A stretch of DNA of 64,000 nt from an uncultured delta proteobacterium. Lineage in GTDB: Bacteria > Desulfobacterota > Desulfobacteria > Desulfobacterales > B30-G6. This document shows, piece by piece, positions 51,901-60,475 of this stretch. How positions within the stretch are numbered: the first letter of the stretch is position 1; each line of letters opens with the position of its first letter. Both the position numbers and the translations under genes were made by a program. The notes beneath the pieces are model-generated. The model did no database searches, was not told the DNA's origin, and worked only from the letters and a program-made list of their open reading frames with translations. The stretch spans positions 96,001-160,000 of the forward strand of contig CAWGLD010000003.1 in NCBI GenBank assembly GCA_963823335.1, in the 5' to 3' direction.

Positions 51901-54900
51901 CTCAGGTGATATGGTGGGAAGACCGGGAAGCGTTTCTTCGAGTGTCGATAGAATTTCAACTCGTTTGATGGAGTCGATGCCCAGGTCTGATTCCATATCC
52001 ATGTCAGCACCGAGCATCTCCATGGGATAGCCCGTGAGATCGCTGACAATCTGCAACAGCGTGCTTTGGATGGAATGCGCCCGGAATTGGGTTTGGGGAA
52101 CAATTTCAGTTGTCGACGCAGGGTCAGGGCTTTCCAGCAGGGCAGGGGATGACGCGTGCCGCTGCCCGTCTGTGTTTCCGGTGACGGTCAGATCGGTTTG
52201 TGTCTCGGTTTCCGGGGGTATTGATTGTTCTACAAACCGCGTGCTCGGCATGCGGTTCCGAACCTGAACTTGCGGAGACGTGCCGTCTCCTTTGTATTTC
52301 CCATTTGGGGGGAAATCCAAGCCACCCGTTTCACGGGTGGTCGTTGACTCAGGGGGGGCTGCCCCGGTTTCGCCTTGATTCAGGGAAACGCTTGTTTCAG
52401 GGGCAAGGGGCTGTTCCCGGAAAATACCCAGAGAAGCTTCGGATATTTGCTGGATGCTCTCCATCATGCGCTGAAGCGAGCGCCCGGCTTCTGACTGGGT
52501 TTCAAGAAATTTCTTATGCGCCTCGGTTGTTTGTGCTTGAAGCGCCTGCATGGATTTTAGTCCTTCCTGGACTGTGCGGAGCGCGTTCTCATAAGCCGGT
52601 GCGGTGGCATGTGTTTGCGGTATTTTTTTCATGGTTCTATTATCACCTGCTGTTCTGGGGGATGTCCGATCCGGTCTTTCTTTACTGGGGTTACGATAGT
52701 TGGCCCCCAGGATCTGCATTTTCATCCGACGGTTTTTCTTGGGAGGTGCTGGATCTTCCCAGGAATCCAAACGAACCGGATGTCCCAATGAAGTTAGATG
52801 TGCAAGGGTTCTAGCAAGGTCTGCAATACCAAAGGCTTTTCCATTGGAAGTGTCCATGGAAACAGCCTGGTGGTTTCGGCCGCTTAAAATCGATTGAACG
52901 AGTCTGGTAAGAACAGATTTGGGGCCCACTTCAACAAAGGTGCGGACATTCTGATGGTACAAGCGCTCGATGCCGGCCATAAAAAGAACCGGTTCCAGAA
53001 CCTGTTTGCCCAGGATCGATCTGACAGCTGCATTGTCCTTGGGGTAAGGTTCGGCGGTGTTGTTTGCAAAAACCGGTATGTCGGTGGGCTCGATGATGCT
53101 ATTATCAAGCACTTTTTGAAAGGGTTTTTCTGCTCCTTTGACCAGATGGCTGTGAAAAGCTGCTGATACGGGGAGCTGGATACATTGAAACCCCTTATCG
53201 TTCATTTGTTTCCGGGCCTGGTCAATCGCTTTTTCCGTACCGGCCAGAACCCCCTGTTCCGGGCTGTTTCGGTTTGCAAGTACAAGGTCGGGTGTGTTGT
53301 CGGCAAATTCACTCAGCTTTTCCAGAGGGGCCTTAACGGCCAGCATACTACCACAGCCATTCTTTTTACCGGCTTCGGCCATGGCACTGCCTCGCGCAAC
53401 CGCCAGGTCAAAAAAGGTGGCCTCATCGATCCACCCGGCAGCGCAAAGTGCTGTCAGCTCACCAAAGGAGTGCCCGCAGGTCACTGCCGGTTTTACACCA
53501 AAACTTTCCAGCACATGAAGCATGGTCAGGCTGATGGCGCCAATGGCAGGTTGGGCGATATCCGTGCATCGCAGCAAACGCTCCTGGTCCTGGTGGGTGT
53601 GCATATCGTGCGACAGCACAGGATAGATATAGTCGGTCAGGCGATTTGGTGGCTCGAATCTGGTATTGGCACGCTCCATCAACTGTAAGGCACCTGGAAA
53701 TATGCAAACGAGGTCTCGACCCATTCCCACGTACTGGCTTCCTTGACCGGGAAATAGAAAGGCTGTTTTCTCCGGGTCCGATCTGTTGCCAAAGTAGATG
53801 TTCTTCATTTGCCAGGCATCTTCACCGGATTGGGTTTGAATGCCTGAAACTGCATTGTCAATGAGTTGTTTCAGGGATTCGCCTGGGATTGTGTCTTTTT
53901 TGGAAAGGTCATGAACCAGGACAAGCCTGAAGCGAAAGTCTGAGCGGAATCGCTGTCTTGTCTGCTCGGCCGCACGGGCTCGGTCATCCAGCGAAATAGC
54001 ACCTGAAACAGAAGTTTTCAGTTCTGCCAGTTGCTGGTGAATCTCCTTGATGCTCTGGGCAGAAAAAGCAAAAAGTTCGACGCTTCCATCCCATGAAATG
54101 TCCGTTTTCTCCCGGGCGTATTCTTCCATCACCACGTGAAAGTTACTGCCGCCGAAACCAAAGGAACTGACACCCGCTCGTCTGGGGAAATCTTTTTCGG
54201 CAAACCAGGGGCGGTTTTCCGAATTGAGATAGAAGGGTGATTCCTCCATGTTGAGATCAGGATCGGGAAATTCGGCTTTCAGTGTAGGGGGCAAGACTTT
54301 GTTTTTCAAGGCCAGGGCGGTTTTGATAATGGCTGCCGATCCGGCGGCGGCTTTGGTATGTCCGATCATGGATTTTACAGAACCGATGGCACAATTCCTG
54401 GGGCGGTTTTTATCAACACCGAAGACTTTTTTCAGTGCCTTAAACTCGACTCTGTCTCCTACCTTGGTGCCTGTACCATGAGCTTCGATATTTGTGACGG
54501 TCCCAGGATCGATGCTGGCGTTCTTATAAGCCAGTCGAACGGCTTTTTCCTGACCTTCGATTCTTGGCGCATAGATGCTTTGGGATTTACCGTCGCTCGA
54601 GGATCCGATGCCGTTGATGACGGCATAAATTCTGTCGTTATCCCTTTCGGCATCTTCAAGCCGTTTTAGCACCATCATGCCGATGCCTTCGCCTAGTACC
54701 GTTCCGTCGGCATCTTTTGAAAACGGACGTATATCACCGGTGGGTGACAGGATCTGTGATTTTGAAAAACACATGTGCATGAAAATATCATTGATGGCAT
54801 CGACGCCACCGGTGACGATCATGTCACATTTTTGGGTCTGAAGCTCCAAAAGCGACAGATGAAGGGCACCGAAGGAGCTGGCACATGCCGCATCCACGAC

Positions 54901-55518
54901 GCAATTTGTACCCCCAAGATTCAGGCGGTTGCAGATTCTTCCGGCAACCACATTGCCCAATAGGCCCGGGAAGGAATTTTCCTGCCAGGGAACATACGCA
55001 TCTGAAATACTGTTCATGACTTCAAGGGCAATGTCATCCGGCACGCCCGCTTTTTTCAAGGCGCGACGCCAGATGGGGTGGCCGAGTCTGGCGCCCAGGG
55101 GAATGACCAGTTCCTGGGTGCCGGTGACGCCCAGAATGACACTGGTGCCGTCTCTGTTGAAATCCACATCCTGCCCGTAGCCTGCGTCTTCCAGTGCATT
55201 TTTGGCCGTGATCAATGCAAGGAGTTGAGAGGTATCGGTGGCCTCCAGCGATGAGGGGGGGATGCCGAATTCAGAAGGATCGAAATCGACAGGGGCAAGA
55301 AAGGCCCCCCGCCGGCAATAGACGTGGTCCGGCATTTTGGGGTCTTCATGAAAGTATTCGTCAACTGACCAGTGGGTCTGGGGTACGTTTTGAATGGCGT
55401 CCTTCTTCTGGTAAAGAAGTTGCCAGTATGCTTTCAATCCGGGCGCACCCGGGAAGAGGCACCCGATTCCGATGATAGCGATGGGCATAGTTTTTAATAC
55501 TTTGTAATTATTGTTCAT
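49000..55518 (-). CDS. pfaA: PfaA-like iterative type I PKS/FAS (KS-MAT-ACP-ACP-KR-DH)
   Basis: KS DAACASS, EAHGTGT, IGHTK; AT GHSFG and AFHS; two ACPs with LGIDSIKRVEIL; KR VTGGARGV and YAMAN; DH HILDGKPVVP. Confidence 0.88.
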   Translation of the reverse strand: MNNNYKVLKTMPIAIIGIGCLFPGAPGLKAYWQLLYQKKDAIQNVPQTHWSVDEYFHEDPKMPDHVYCRRGAFLAPVDFDPSEFGIPPSSLEATDTSQLLALITAKNALEDAGYGQDVDFNRDGTSVILGVTGTQELVIPLGARLGHPIWRRALKKAGVPDDIALEVMNSISDAYVPWQENSFPGLLGNVVAGRICNRLNLGGTNCVVDAACASSFGALHLSLLELQTQKCDMIVTGGVDAINDIFMHMCFSKSQILSPTGDIRPFSKDADGTVLGEGIGMMVLKRLEDAERDNDRIYAVINGIGSSSDGKSQSIYAPRIEGQEKAVRLAYKNASIDPGTVTNIEAHGTGTKVGDRVEFKALKKVFGVDKNRPRNCAIGSVKSMIGHTKAAAGSAAIIKTALALKNKVLPPTLKAEFPDPDLNMEESPFYLNSENRPWFAEKDFPRRAGVSSFGFGGSNFHVVMEEYAREKTDISWDGSVELFAFSAQSIKEIHQQLAELKTSVSGAISLDDRARAAEQTRQRFRSDFRFRLVLVHDLSKKDTIPGESLKQLIDNAVSGIQTQSGEDAWQMKNIYFGNRSDPEKTAFLFPGQGSQYVGMGRDLVCIFPGALQLMERANTRFEPPNRLTDYIYPVLSHDMHTHQDQERLLRCTDIAQPAIGAISLTMLHVLESFGVKPAVTCGHSFGELTALCAAGWIDEATFFDLAVARGSAMAEAGKKNGCGSMLAVKAPLEKLSEFADNTPDLVLANRNSPEQGVLAGTEKAIDQARKQMNDKGFQCIQLPVSAAFHSHLVKGAEKPFQKVLDNSIIEPTDIPVFANNTAEPYPKDNAAVRSILGKQVLEPVLFMAGIERLYHQNVRTFVEVGPKSVLTRLVQSILSGRNHQAVSMDTSNGKAFGIADLARTLAHLTSLGHPVRLDSWEDPAPPKKNRRMKMQILGANYRNPSKERPDRTSPRTAGDNRTMKKIPQTHATAPAYENALRTVQEGLKSMQALQAQTTEAHKKFLETQSEAGRSLQRMMESIQQISEASLGIFREQPLAPETSVSLNQGETGAAPPESTTTRETGGLDFPPNGKYKGDGTSPQVQVRNRMPSTRFVEQSIPPETETQTDLTVTGNTDGQRHASSPALLESPDPASTTEIVPQTQFRAHSIQSTLLQIVSDLTGYPMEMLGADMDMESDLGIDSIKRVEILSTLEETLPGLPTISPEIMGSLKTLAQIVDALGGTSEAHPVGNTHTPESSQDPGQIEQPSDENTDNVRRTMIQIVSELTGYPTDMLGLDMDIEADLGIDSIKRVEILSTLEDRLPGLPQVTPDIMGSLKTLGQICTYLTSGAEKTDMATQETARPPRPVQSAETFEKPSSPDYGVSSFSDIERHRVTIKNRPLSRVTLETIPADRHVYIIGDSSHLGQALVDTFTAHGIQASHRPLSEIDDILNGSSDISNAGGLIILEGSHDADDRADDTYLETAFQLAHFFGPSLTRNAQTGLTLFAAITRLDGAFGFRDKDLENPVSGGLAALVKTAAIEWDGVVCRALDLDPAWMDVTEIAQRITAEVLGKQTRDSVEVGLDGENRYTLELTPFPYDKDVNIELVFDPGDVVVVTGGARGVTAAAAIALAEQVPLSFVLLGRSPMPAPEPVWLDGLEKESEIKKAILANEFNNNGASPKDIEMSYRRHMGSREVAATLQKLTATGSTVQYESADIRDADIVTPLFQRVRESLGPIRAIIHGAGVIEDRLIQDKTLEQFKRVYKTKVVGFRALMDAAASDPLKYIVVFSSVAARFGNKGQADYAMANEALNKICRREVRQRKDCRVIAVNWGPWDGGMVTPGLKREFRKSGIALIPVEAGARCMLLEMSQAGIHPVEVVVGSALPDQVITKTLKMDDQPPDRQDPSPPMSLSFKREIDTTNHPILDAHILDGKPVVPFALITEWFGHGALHGNPGLLLHGIDDMRILKGIKLEQQKKLIRLFAGKADRKGSLFEVGVELRDGVLEGKDVIHSRAKAILTDTLPAAPIFESTRLKPTKVYARSMEEVYDKILFHGLALRGIKEITDCSSWGISAKISSAPAPETWVKEPLRSTWLSDPLALDCAFQLATLWCYEETGTVSLPSYCRHYRQYCTAFPPDGVMAELRVTDLTDHKMTGDFTLIDAESRVVAELKGYEAIMDVSLYRAFKPHLA
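52218..52349 (-). mobile_element. Mini-element family B inserted in frame in the PKS linker
   Basis: 132-bp homolog of the intergenic copies; the PKS frame stays open through it. Confidence 0.88.
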
Positions 55519-55664
55519 ATGACGCATACCCTGGTTTGAGGCAGTTGCTTCAACGATTAACGACACAATATAGTGTATATAAATAAGATTTTCAAGTATT
55601 GACGCTAAATAATTAACTTGTTATATTGACATCACAACTTAACAACAAAAGGGCAGAACTTGAT

Positions 55665-56249
55665 ATGATTCGATTCTATCTCAACCGGGAACTTTCCACC
55701 TGCTTGGAGATCCGATTGTCCCGTTGGAAAAGGTGGTCCCGCGAGTTCTTGCCCCCCGATCCTCTGGGAGGGTTGCAGTCCGGTTTTGCGCGGCAATACA
55801 GTCTACCGGAAGCATTTCACGTATACCTGGGTGGGCACCTGGTCGCAGATCTGAAATTTTCGATTCCTGAAACAAAAACAATTCTGGAAGATTTGAAGGA
55901 ATGGGTGACGACCCAGTACTTTTCATATCCACTTCCAGAAGAACAGACTTCGGTTCAACAATCTGCCAAAGAATATCGTATCTACATCTTCATGAACCAT
56001 GAAGCCAGAAAGAATGAGCAGGCATACACCTACATGATCCGCAGGGTGATTGATCAGGAAAAATCACATGGGAAAGGTGCCAGAATTGTTACGGAGCGCT
56101 ATATAGAGAATTGGCTCAAAGAAGGAGAGGTGGTTACTGAACCTGAAAGACCTGAAGACGTGCCATACTGGATGGCAGCTAGGGTCTTGTATATTACGAA
56201 AGTGTATCAGATTTTTACAGCACTGCTCTCAGAAAATCATAAGGTTTGA
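55665..56249 (+). CDS. Hypothetical protein, possible MerR-like DNA-binding N-terminus
   Basis: 195-aa ORF; NRELS..LEI..SRWKRW...ARQYS resembles a MerR-type winged helix; divergent from the PKS. Confidence 0.6.
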   Translation: MIRFYLNRELSTCLEIRLSRWKRWSREFLPPDPLGGLQSGFARQYSLPEAFHVYLGGHLVADLKFSIPETKTILEDLKEWVTTQYFSYPLPEEQTSVQQSAKEYRIYIFMNHEARKNEQAYTYMIRRVIDQEKSHGKGARIVTERYIENWLKEGEVVTEPERPEDVPYWMAARVLYITKVYQIFTALLSENHKV

Positions 56250-56258
56250 CGCGTATAC

Positions 56259-57911
56259 TTAAAGATCCCCCAAAAACGCTTCAATTGCCTCGCGATCAAG
56301 GGGCAGTATTCGGGTTGGGGTGTCGGGAAGAACAATTCCCTGCTGCCTGAGGCATTGCCTCCTGGTGACAAGGGCCGCTCCCAGCAAAATATTCAGGGCA
56401 ATGACGACAACTTCACGATTGTCAGCAGATTCCAGAAAGGTACCTTTCACCCACTGGTTAAAGGCACCGATGGCTGGCCCACACCAGATCTGATAATCGA
56501 TCTTTCTGGATGGTTCACCCGTATTAGCCCAGCTGGAAGACTGACCTAGATACGAACGAAACACCAGAGCCATTTGATGTTTTGGATTCGTTTGTGCTCT
56601 TTCGATCTGTTTGGGATCTCTGTTCAGAAAAAATGCTTTGGTATGGGCCCATTCCTCAAGAAACGATCTTCGGAAAATATCTCTCTCAAGAATTTTTCTC
56701 TGGGGCTCCGGAATATCCTCATAAGCGTCATAGGTCGTATACAATTCATAAAGTTTTCCTGCCCGCAGGGGGAACATGGTACCCCGTTTCAACACCTGGA
56801 CCTTGACACCCATTTCAAACATATCTGCTGCGGGTGCCATGGTGACATCGGCTTGTCCGGCTTCTGAAAGCATCTGACGCACCGTGTCCGAAGTGCCGGC
56901 TTCCCTGCAGGCCTGATTGATGGAACCTGTCACAATATAGTCCGCTCCCATGGCAAAGGCTGCTGCAGCCGATTCAGGTGTGGCGATCCCCCCCCCAAGT
57001 CCTATGCTGAGAGGGTTGTCAAAATTAAATTCCGCCATCGCCAAATCCCTGAGGGAAATCATCGTGGGAAGCAGGGCAAGTGCCGGTCGGTTGTCTGTGT
57101 GCCCGCCGGAATCGGCTTCAGCGGTCAGAGCATCGGCCATGGGGATCGTTTCCGCCAAACGGGCTTCCTGGGGACTGATCCAGTCCAGTTCCAGCAGCTG
57201 CCGGATAAATTTTTCCGGCGGTGGCGAAAGAAACTTTTTAGCGACTTCTTCACGTGATAACTTGGCAATGATTCTTTGGGGTGTTATCGTGTGGCCGTGT
57301 TCGTCCTGATGGATTCCCTTAATACGGTAATATACCAGGGGCAGCGTGAGGTTCATATAAGCGGAAGCGCTGATCAGGCGAACACCGTGTCTGAGGTAGA
57401 GTTGAACTGTTTCCAGTTCAAGATTCGGGTCACCGGGACTGTGAATAAGGTTGAACCCGAAGGGCAGCGCGCCCATCTTTGATTGCAGGTATTGGATCGC
57501 GGTTTCAATCTGCGGTATGTCAAGTCCTGCAGCGCCATAAAAACCCAACATGCCCGCACGTCCTGCCGCTTCAACCATTTTGGTCGATGTTATTCCATTT
57601 GCCATGGCACCGACGACGTAAGGGTAACGAAGCCCATAGGTGCTTATGAAATCGGGACTTCCCATACTTGCCGGGTGCAGTGGGGGCACAAACGCTATCC
57701 AGGGAAATCGCTTTTCACGGGACATAGGATCACCGGTCGGCAGACCCGGGCTGACCACGCTGCCCCCCCGGGCGATCCCGATCTGTGCCCCGGTGTCGAT
57801 AATGTATAGCGGTTTTTCCACCTGTTTTATGGCTGAATTGACGGCATCAGGACCTATTTCTGGTTTGTCTTCACCCTGTATCCACCATCCCAATTGCTTG
57901 ACTTGGCGCAT
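56259..57911 (-). CDS. pfaD: PfaD-family enoyl reductase (FMN TIM barrel)
   Basis: GAMANGI, AEADSGGHTDNRP, APAADMFEMGVKVQVLKRGTMF and YQIWCGPAIGAFNQW motifs. Confidence 0.94.
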   Translation of the reverse strand: MRQVKQLGWWIQGEDKPEIGPDAVNSAIKQVEKPLYIIDTGAQIGIARGGSVVSPGLPTGDPMSREKRFPWIAFVPPLHPASMGSPDFISTYGLRYPYVVGAMANGITSTKMVEAAGRAGMLGFYGAAGLDIPQIETAIQYLQSKMGALPFGFNLIHSPGDPNLELETVQLYLRHGVRLISASAYMNLTLPLVYYRIKGIHQDEHGHTITPQRIIAKLSREEVAKKFLSPPPEKFIRQLLELDWISPQEARLAETIPMADALTAEADSGGHTDNRPALALLPTMISLRDLAMAEFNFDNPLSIGLGGGIATPESAAAAFAMGADYIVTGSINQACREAGTSDTVRQMLSEAGQADVTMAPAADMFEMGVKVQVLKRGTMFPLRAGKLYELYTTYDAYEDIPEPQRKILERDIFRRSFLEEWAHTKAFFLNRDPKQIERAQTNPKHQMALVFRSYLGQSSSWANTGEPSRKIDYQIWCGPAIGAFNQWVKGTFLESADNREVVVIALNILLGAALVTRRQCLRQQGIVLPDTPTRILPLDREAIEAFLGDL

Positions 57912-57914
57912 TGA

Positions 57915-58811
57915 CTATCCTCTTGGATGATATTTTTTGTGAACTTCCTTTAAGTGTTTCTGGGCAACGTGCGTATATATCTGCGTGGTGGAAATGTCAA
58001 CATGCCCGAGCATGACCTGGACTGTACGCAGATCAGCGCCACCCTCCAGTAAGTGGGTGGCAAATGAATGCCGAAGGGTATGTGGCGTGATGTGTTTCAA
58101 GGGGACACTTTTTTGGGCATATCTCTTGAGCAGCTTCCAGAAGCCCTGTCTTGTCATAGGCTTGCCGGCCCTGGCCACAAACAGAAAGGCACTCATACGG
58201 CCTTTCAGCAGGGCAGGGCGTGCGGTTTCGAGATAGCTGTCGATTCGATTCTTTGCATAGCTGCCAAAGGGAACGATCCGTTCCTTTGAACCCTTACCCA
58301 TCACACGCAGGAAGCACCCTTCGAGGTTGACATTCATCAGTCTTAGATGGATGAGTTCGGAGACTCTCAAACCGGCGGCATACAGGAGTTCAAGCATAGC
58401 CGCATCCCTTGCACCAGACGGTGTTTTCGAAACCGGTGTTTCCAGGAGAATTCTAACTTCTGTAACAGACAGCACATCCGGCAGGGTGACATGCCGTTTG
58501 GGGAGATCGACAATCTTGGCGTGATTCTTGGGGATATGTTTTTCCTTAACCAAAAAAGCATATAAGCCCCTGAGGGTCACCAAATGTCTGGCCCTGGAGC
58601 TGGTTCCCAGTCCCTGGTCTTTGAGATGAATGAGGTACTGAAGAATGATCCGGGTGTCCGCTTTCTCGATGTGATGAATCCGGTTCTCTTTTAAGAAGGC
58701 CAGATACCTGACGATATCCCTGCTGTAGGCGGTGATGGTTTTTTTGGCAAGCCCTTTTTCCACCAATATATAGTGCAGATACTGGTCGGCCAGTAGGTCC
58801 ATGTCAGACAT
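57915..58811 (-). CDS. xerD: Site-specific tyrosine recombinase XerD
   Basis: LRVSEL, GKGSKER.VP, TRQGFWK and PHTLRHSFATHLLEGGADLR.VQ.MLGH.DISTTQIYTHV. Confidence 0.93.
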   Translation of the reverse strand: MSDMDLLADQYLHYILVEKGLAKKTITAYSRDIVRYLAFLKENRIHHIEKADTRIILQYLIHLKDQGLGTSSRARHLVTLRGLYAFLVKEKHIPKNHAKIVDLPKRHVTLPDVLSVTEVRILLETPVSKTPSGARDAAMLELLYAAGLRVSELIHLRLMNVNLEGCFLRVMGKGSKERIVPFGSYAKNRIDSYLETARPALLKGRMSAFLFVARAGKPMTRQGFWKLLKRYAQKSVPLKHITPHTLRHSFATHLLEGGADLRTVQVMLGHVDISTTQIYTHVAQKHLKEVHKKYHPRG

Positions 58812-59123
58812 GAGGTGTGTTTCCTGTTTGAGATATTTCGTGAAACGTCAGGGTTAAAATTCAAACACATCTACCAATAGATAAGAAAAGGGTCCCAGGG
58901 GTCAAGGATCCAAGGGTTCGAGTTTTGGTTTTCCGATGACATATCATCCTGTATGCCGCGCATGCCTTCCTTCAGGAATAACTGTTTGGTTGTTCTATTC
59001 ATCTCCATACTACCAAACAAGGCTCATATGATTTTTGTTAAACTGTTAACTACTTGAGCCCTTCCGCTCCAAAACGGCTGAAAGCTCCCTGAATCATTCA
59101 TTTGCGCTCTTTTGGAAATGAGT

Positions 59124-60239
59124 CTAAATAGCAATAGAAATGTTTTCTTCCAAGCTGTTCAACACCTCAGCACACTTGTCCCGCACGACTACCTGGTTTT
59201 CAATTCTTACACCGCCCCAACCGGGAAGATAGATACCAGGTTCTACGGTGACCAGCATGCCTGCTTTCAGAACGGTGTCTTTCAGTGGGCTTAAGCGCGG
59301 TGCTTCGTGTACGGCCAGTCCTGTTCCATGTCCCAGACCATGCCCGAATTTTCCTTTGAAGCCTTTGCTTTCTATGTGGCCCCTTGCAGTACGGTCCACC
59401 GCCCGGGTGCTGGCTCCATCCCGAATGGCATCGATGGCTTTCTTCTGCGCATCGACAACGGTCTGAAATACTTTTTGGAATGTGCTGTCGGTTTTACCAG
59501 AGAAAATGGTTCTGGAGGTGTCTGAACAATATCCATTCAGCCTGGCGCCCCAGTCGAAGAGAAGCGGTTCCCCCTTCATCCATGTACGGTCTCCGGGAAT
59601 AGCATGAGGCAGGGCGCTGTTGGGTCCGGATGCAACTATAGATGGAAATGACAGGGTCTCTGCCCCTGATTGCCGCATTTCTTTTTCAAGCAGCCAGGCA
59701 ATTTCTTTTTCCGTCATACCCGGTTGAATTTCCTGTAGCACGTTTTCAAATGCTTTTTCCGCCAGCCACAGGGCTTGTCTGGTTTTGTCAATTTCTTCTT
59801 CATCTTTGATTTCTCGAATCTGTTCAACGATATTTTCTGTGGGAACCAGCTCAACACCTATCTTTTGGGAGGAGATTATATTTTCGAACTCGTGAAAGTG
59901 TTTGAGAGATATTCGAACGGACTCGAACCCCAGACGTCGTGAACCCAGTTGCTGCAAAATATCCGGCAATGTTTTTGGGAGACCTTCCCGATAGCAGACG
60001 ATGTCAAATTGCTCAGCCTCTTTGGCTGCCTGCAGGTCATAACGCGTGTCGGTAGCCAGGAGTAATTCGTGCTCGGTAATAAACAGCGAGCCTGCAGATT
60101 CATCACACTGGGTGTCTTCTCCACTAAAGCCGCTCAGATATAGGCGATTTTCCTCTGTGGAAACCAGGAGGGTGTCTATGTCATTCGTTTTCATCAAAGC
60201 TCGAACCTTCTTGATCCGTTTCATTTTCTGTCTGTTCAA
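59124..60239 (-). CDS. Xaa-Pro aminopeptidase / peptidase M24
   Basis: DWGA...YCSD, HGLGHGTGLAVHE and TVEPGIY..GGVRIE motifs; creatinase-type N domain. Confidence 0.93.
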   Translation of the reverse strand: MNRQKMKRIKKVRALMKTNDIDTLLVSTEENRLYLSGFSGEDTQCDESAGSLFITEHELLLATDTRYDLQAAKEAEQFDIVCYREGLPKTLPDILQQLGSRRLGFESVRISLKHFHEFENIISSQKIGVELVPTENIVEQIREIKDEEEIDKTRQALWLAEKAFENVLQEIQPGMTEKEIAWLLEKEMRQSGAETLSFPSIVASGPNSALPHAIPGDRTWMKGEPLLFDWGARLNGYCSDTSRTIFSGKTDSTFQKVFQTVVDAQKKAIDAIRDGASTRAVDRTARGHIESKGFKGKFGHGLGHGTGLAVHEAPRLSPLKDTVLKAGMLVTVEPGIYLPGWGGVRIENQVVVRDKCAEVLNSLEENISIAI

Positions 60240-60309
60240 TAGTCCTCTCCTGAGTAATACAACTTTCTGTTTTCAGTTTGATAAAGCCGATGGTTTATTT
60301 TGCGTTTGC

Positions 60310-60475
60310 TGAACCGCAACAGCGAGCGCATTCCCCGTAGGTTCTGCCGTTCGGCAGTGCTTCGCATGCTGCGGGGTTAGCGAGCGAATCTAAAATAGAC
60401 AGAATTCCTTACGGTCGCTGCGAAGCACTGTCGCACGACAGAACATTCCTCGTAGCTTGCTGCGAGGTTCTTCAA
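60310..60475. mobile_element. Mini-element family A, long form with two hairpins and two nested 26-bp modules
   Basis: Contains ATTCCCCGTAG..TGCTGCGGGG and ATTCCTCGTAGCTTGCTGCGAGGTTCTTCAA. Confidence 0.85.

Noticed and set aside
57915-58811. Tyrosine recombinase as the integrase of a PKS island
   Set aside because: Canonical XerD length and motifs; no att repeats or tRNA nearby
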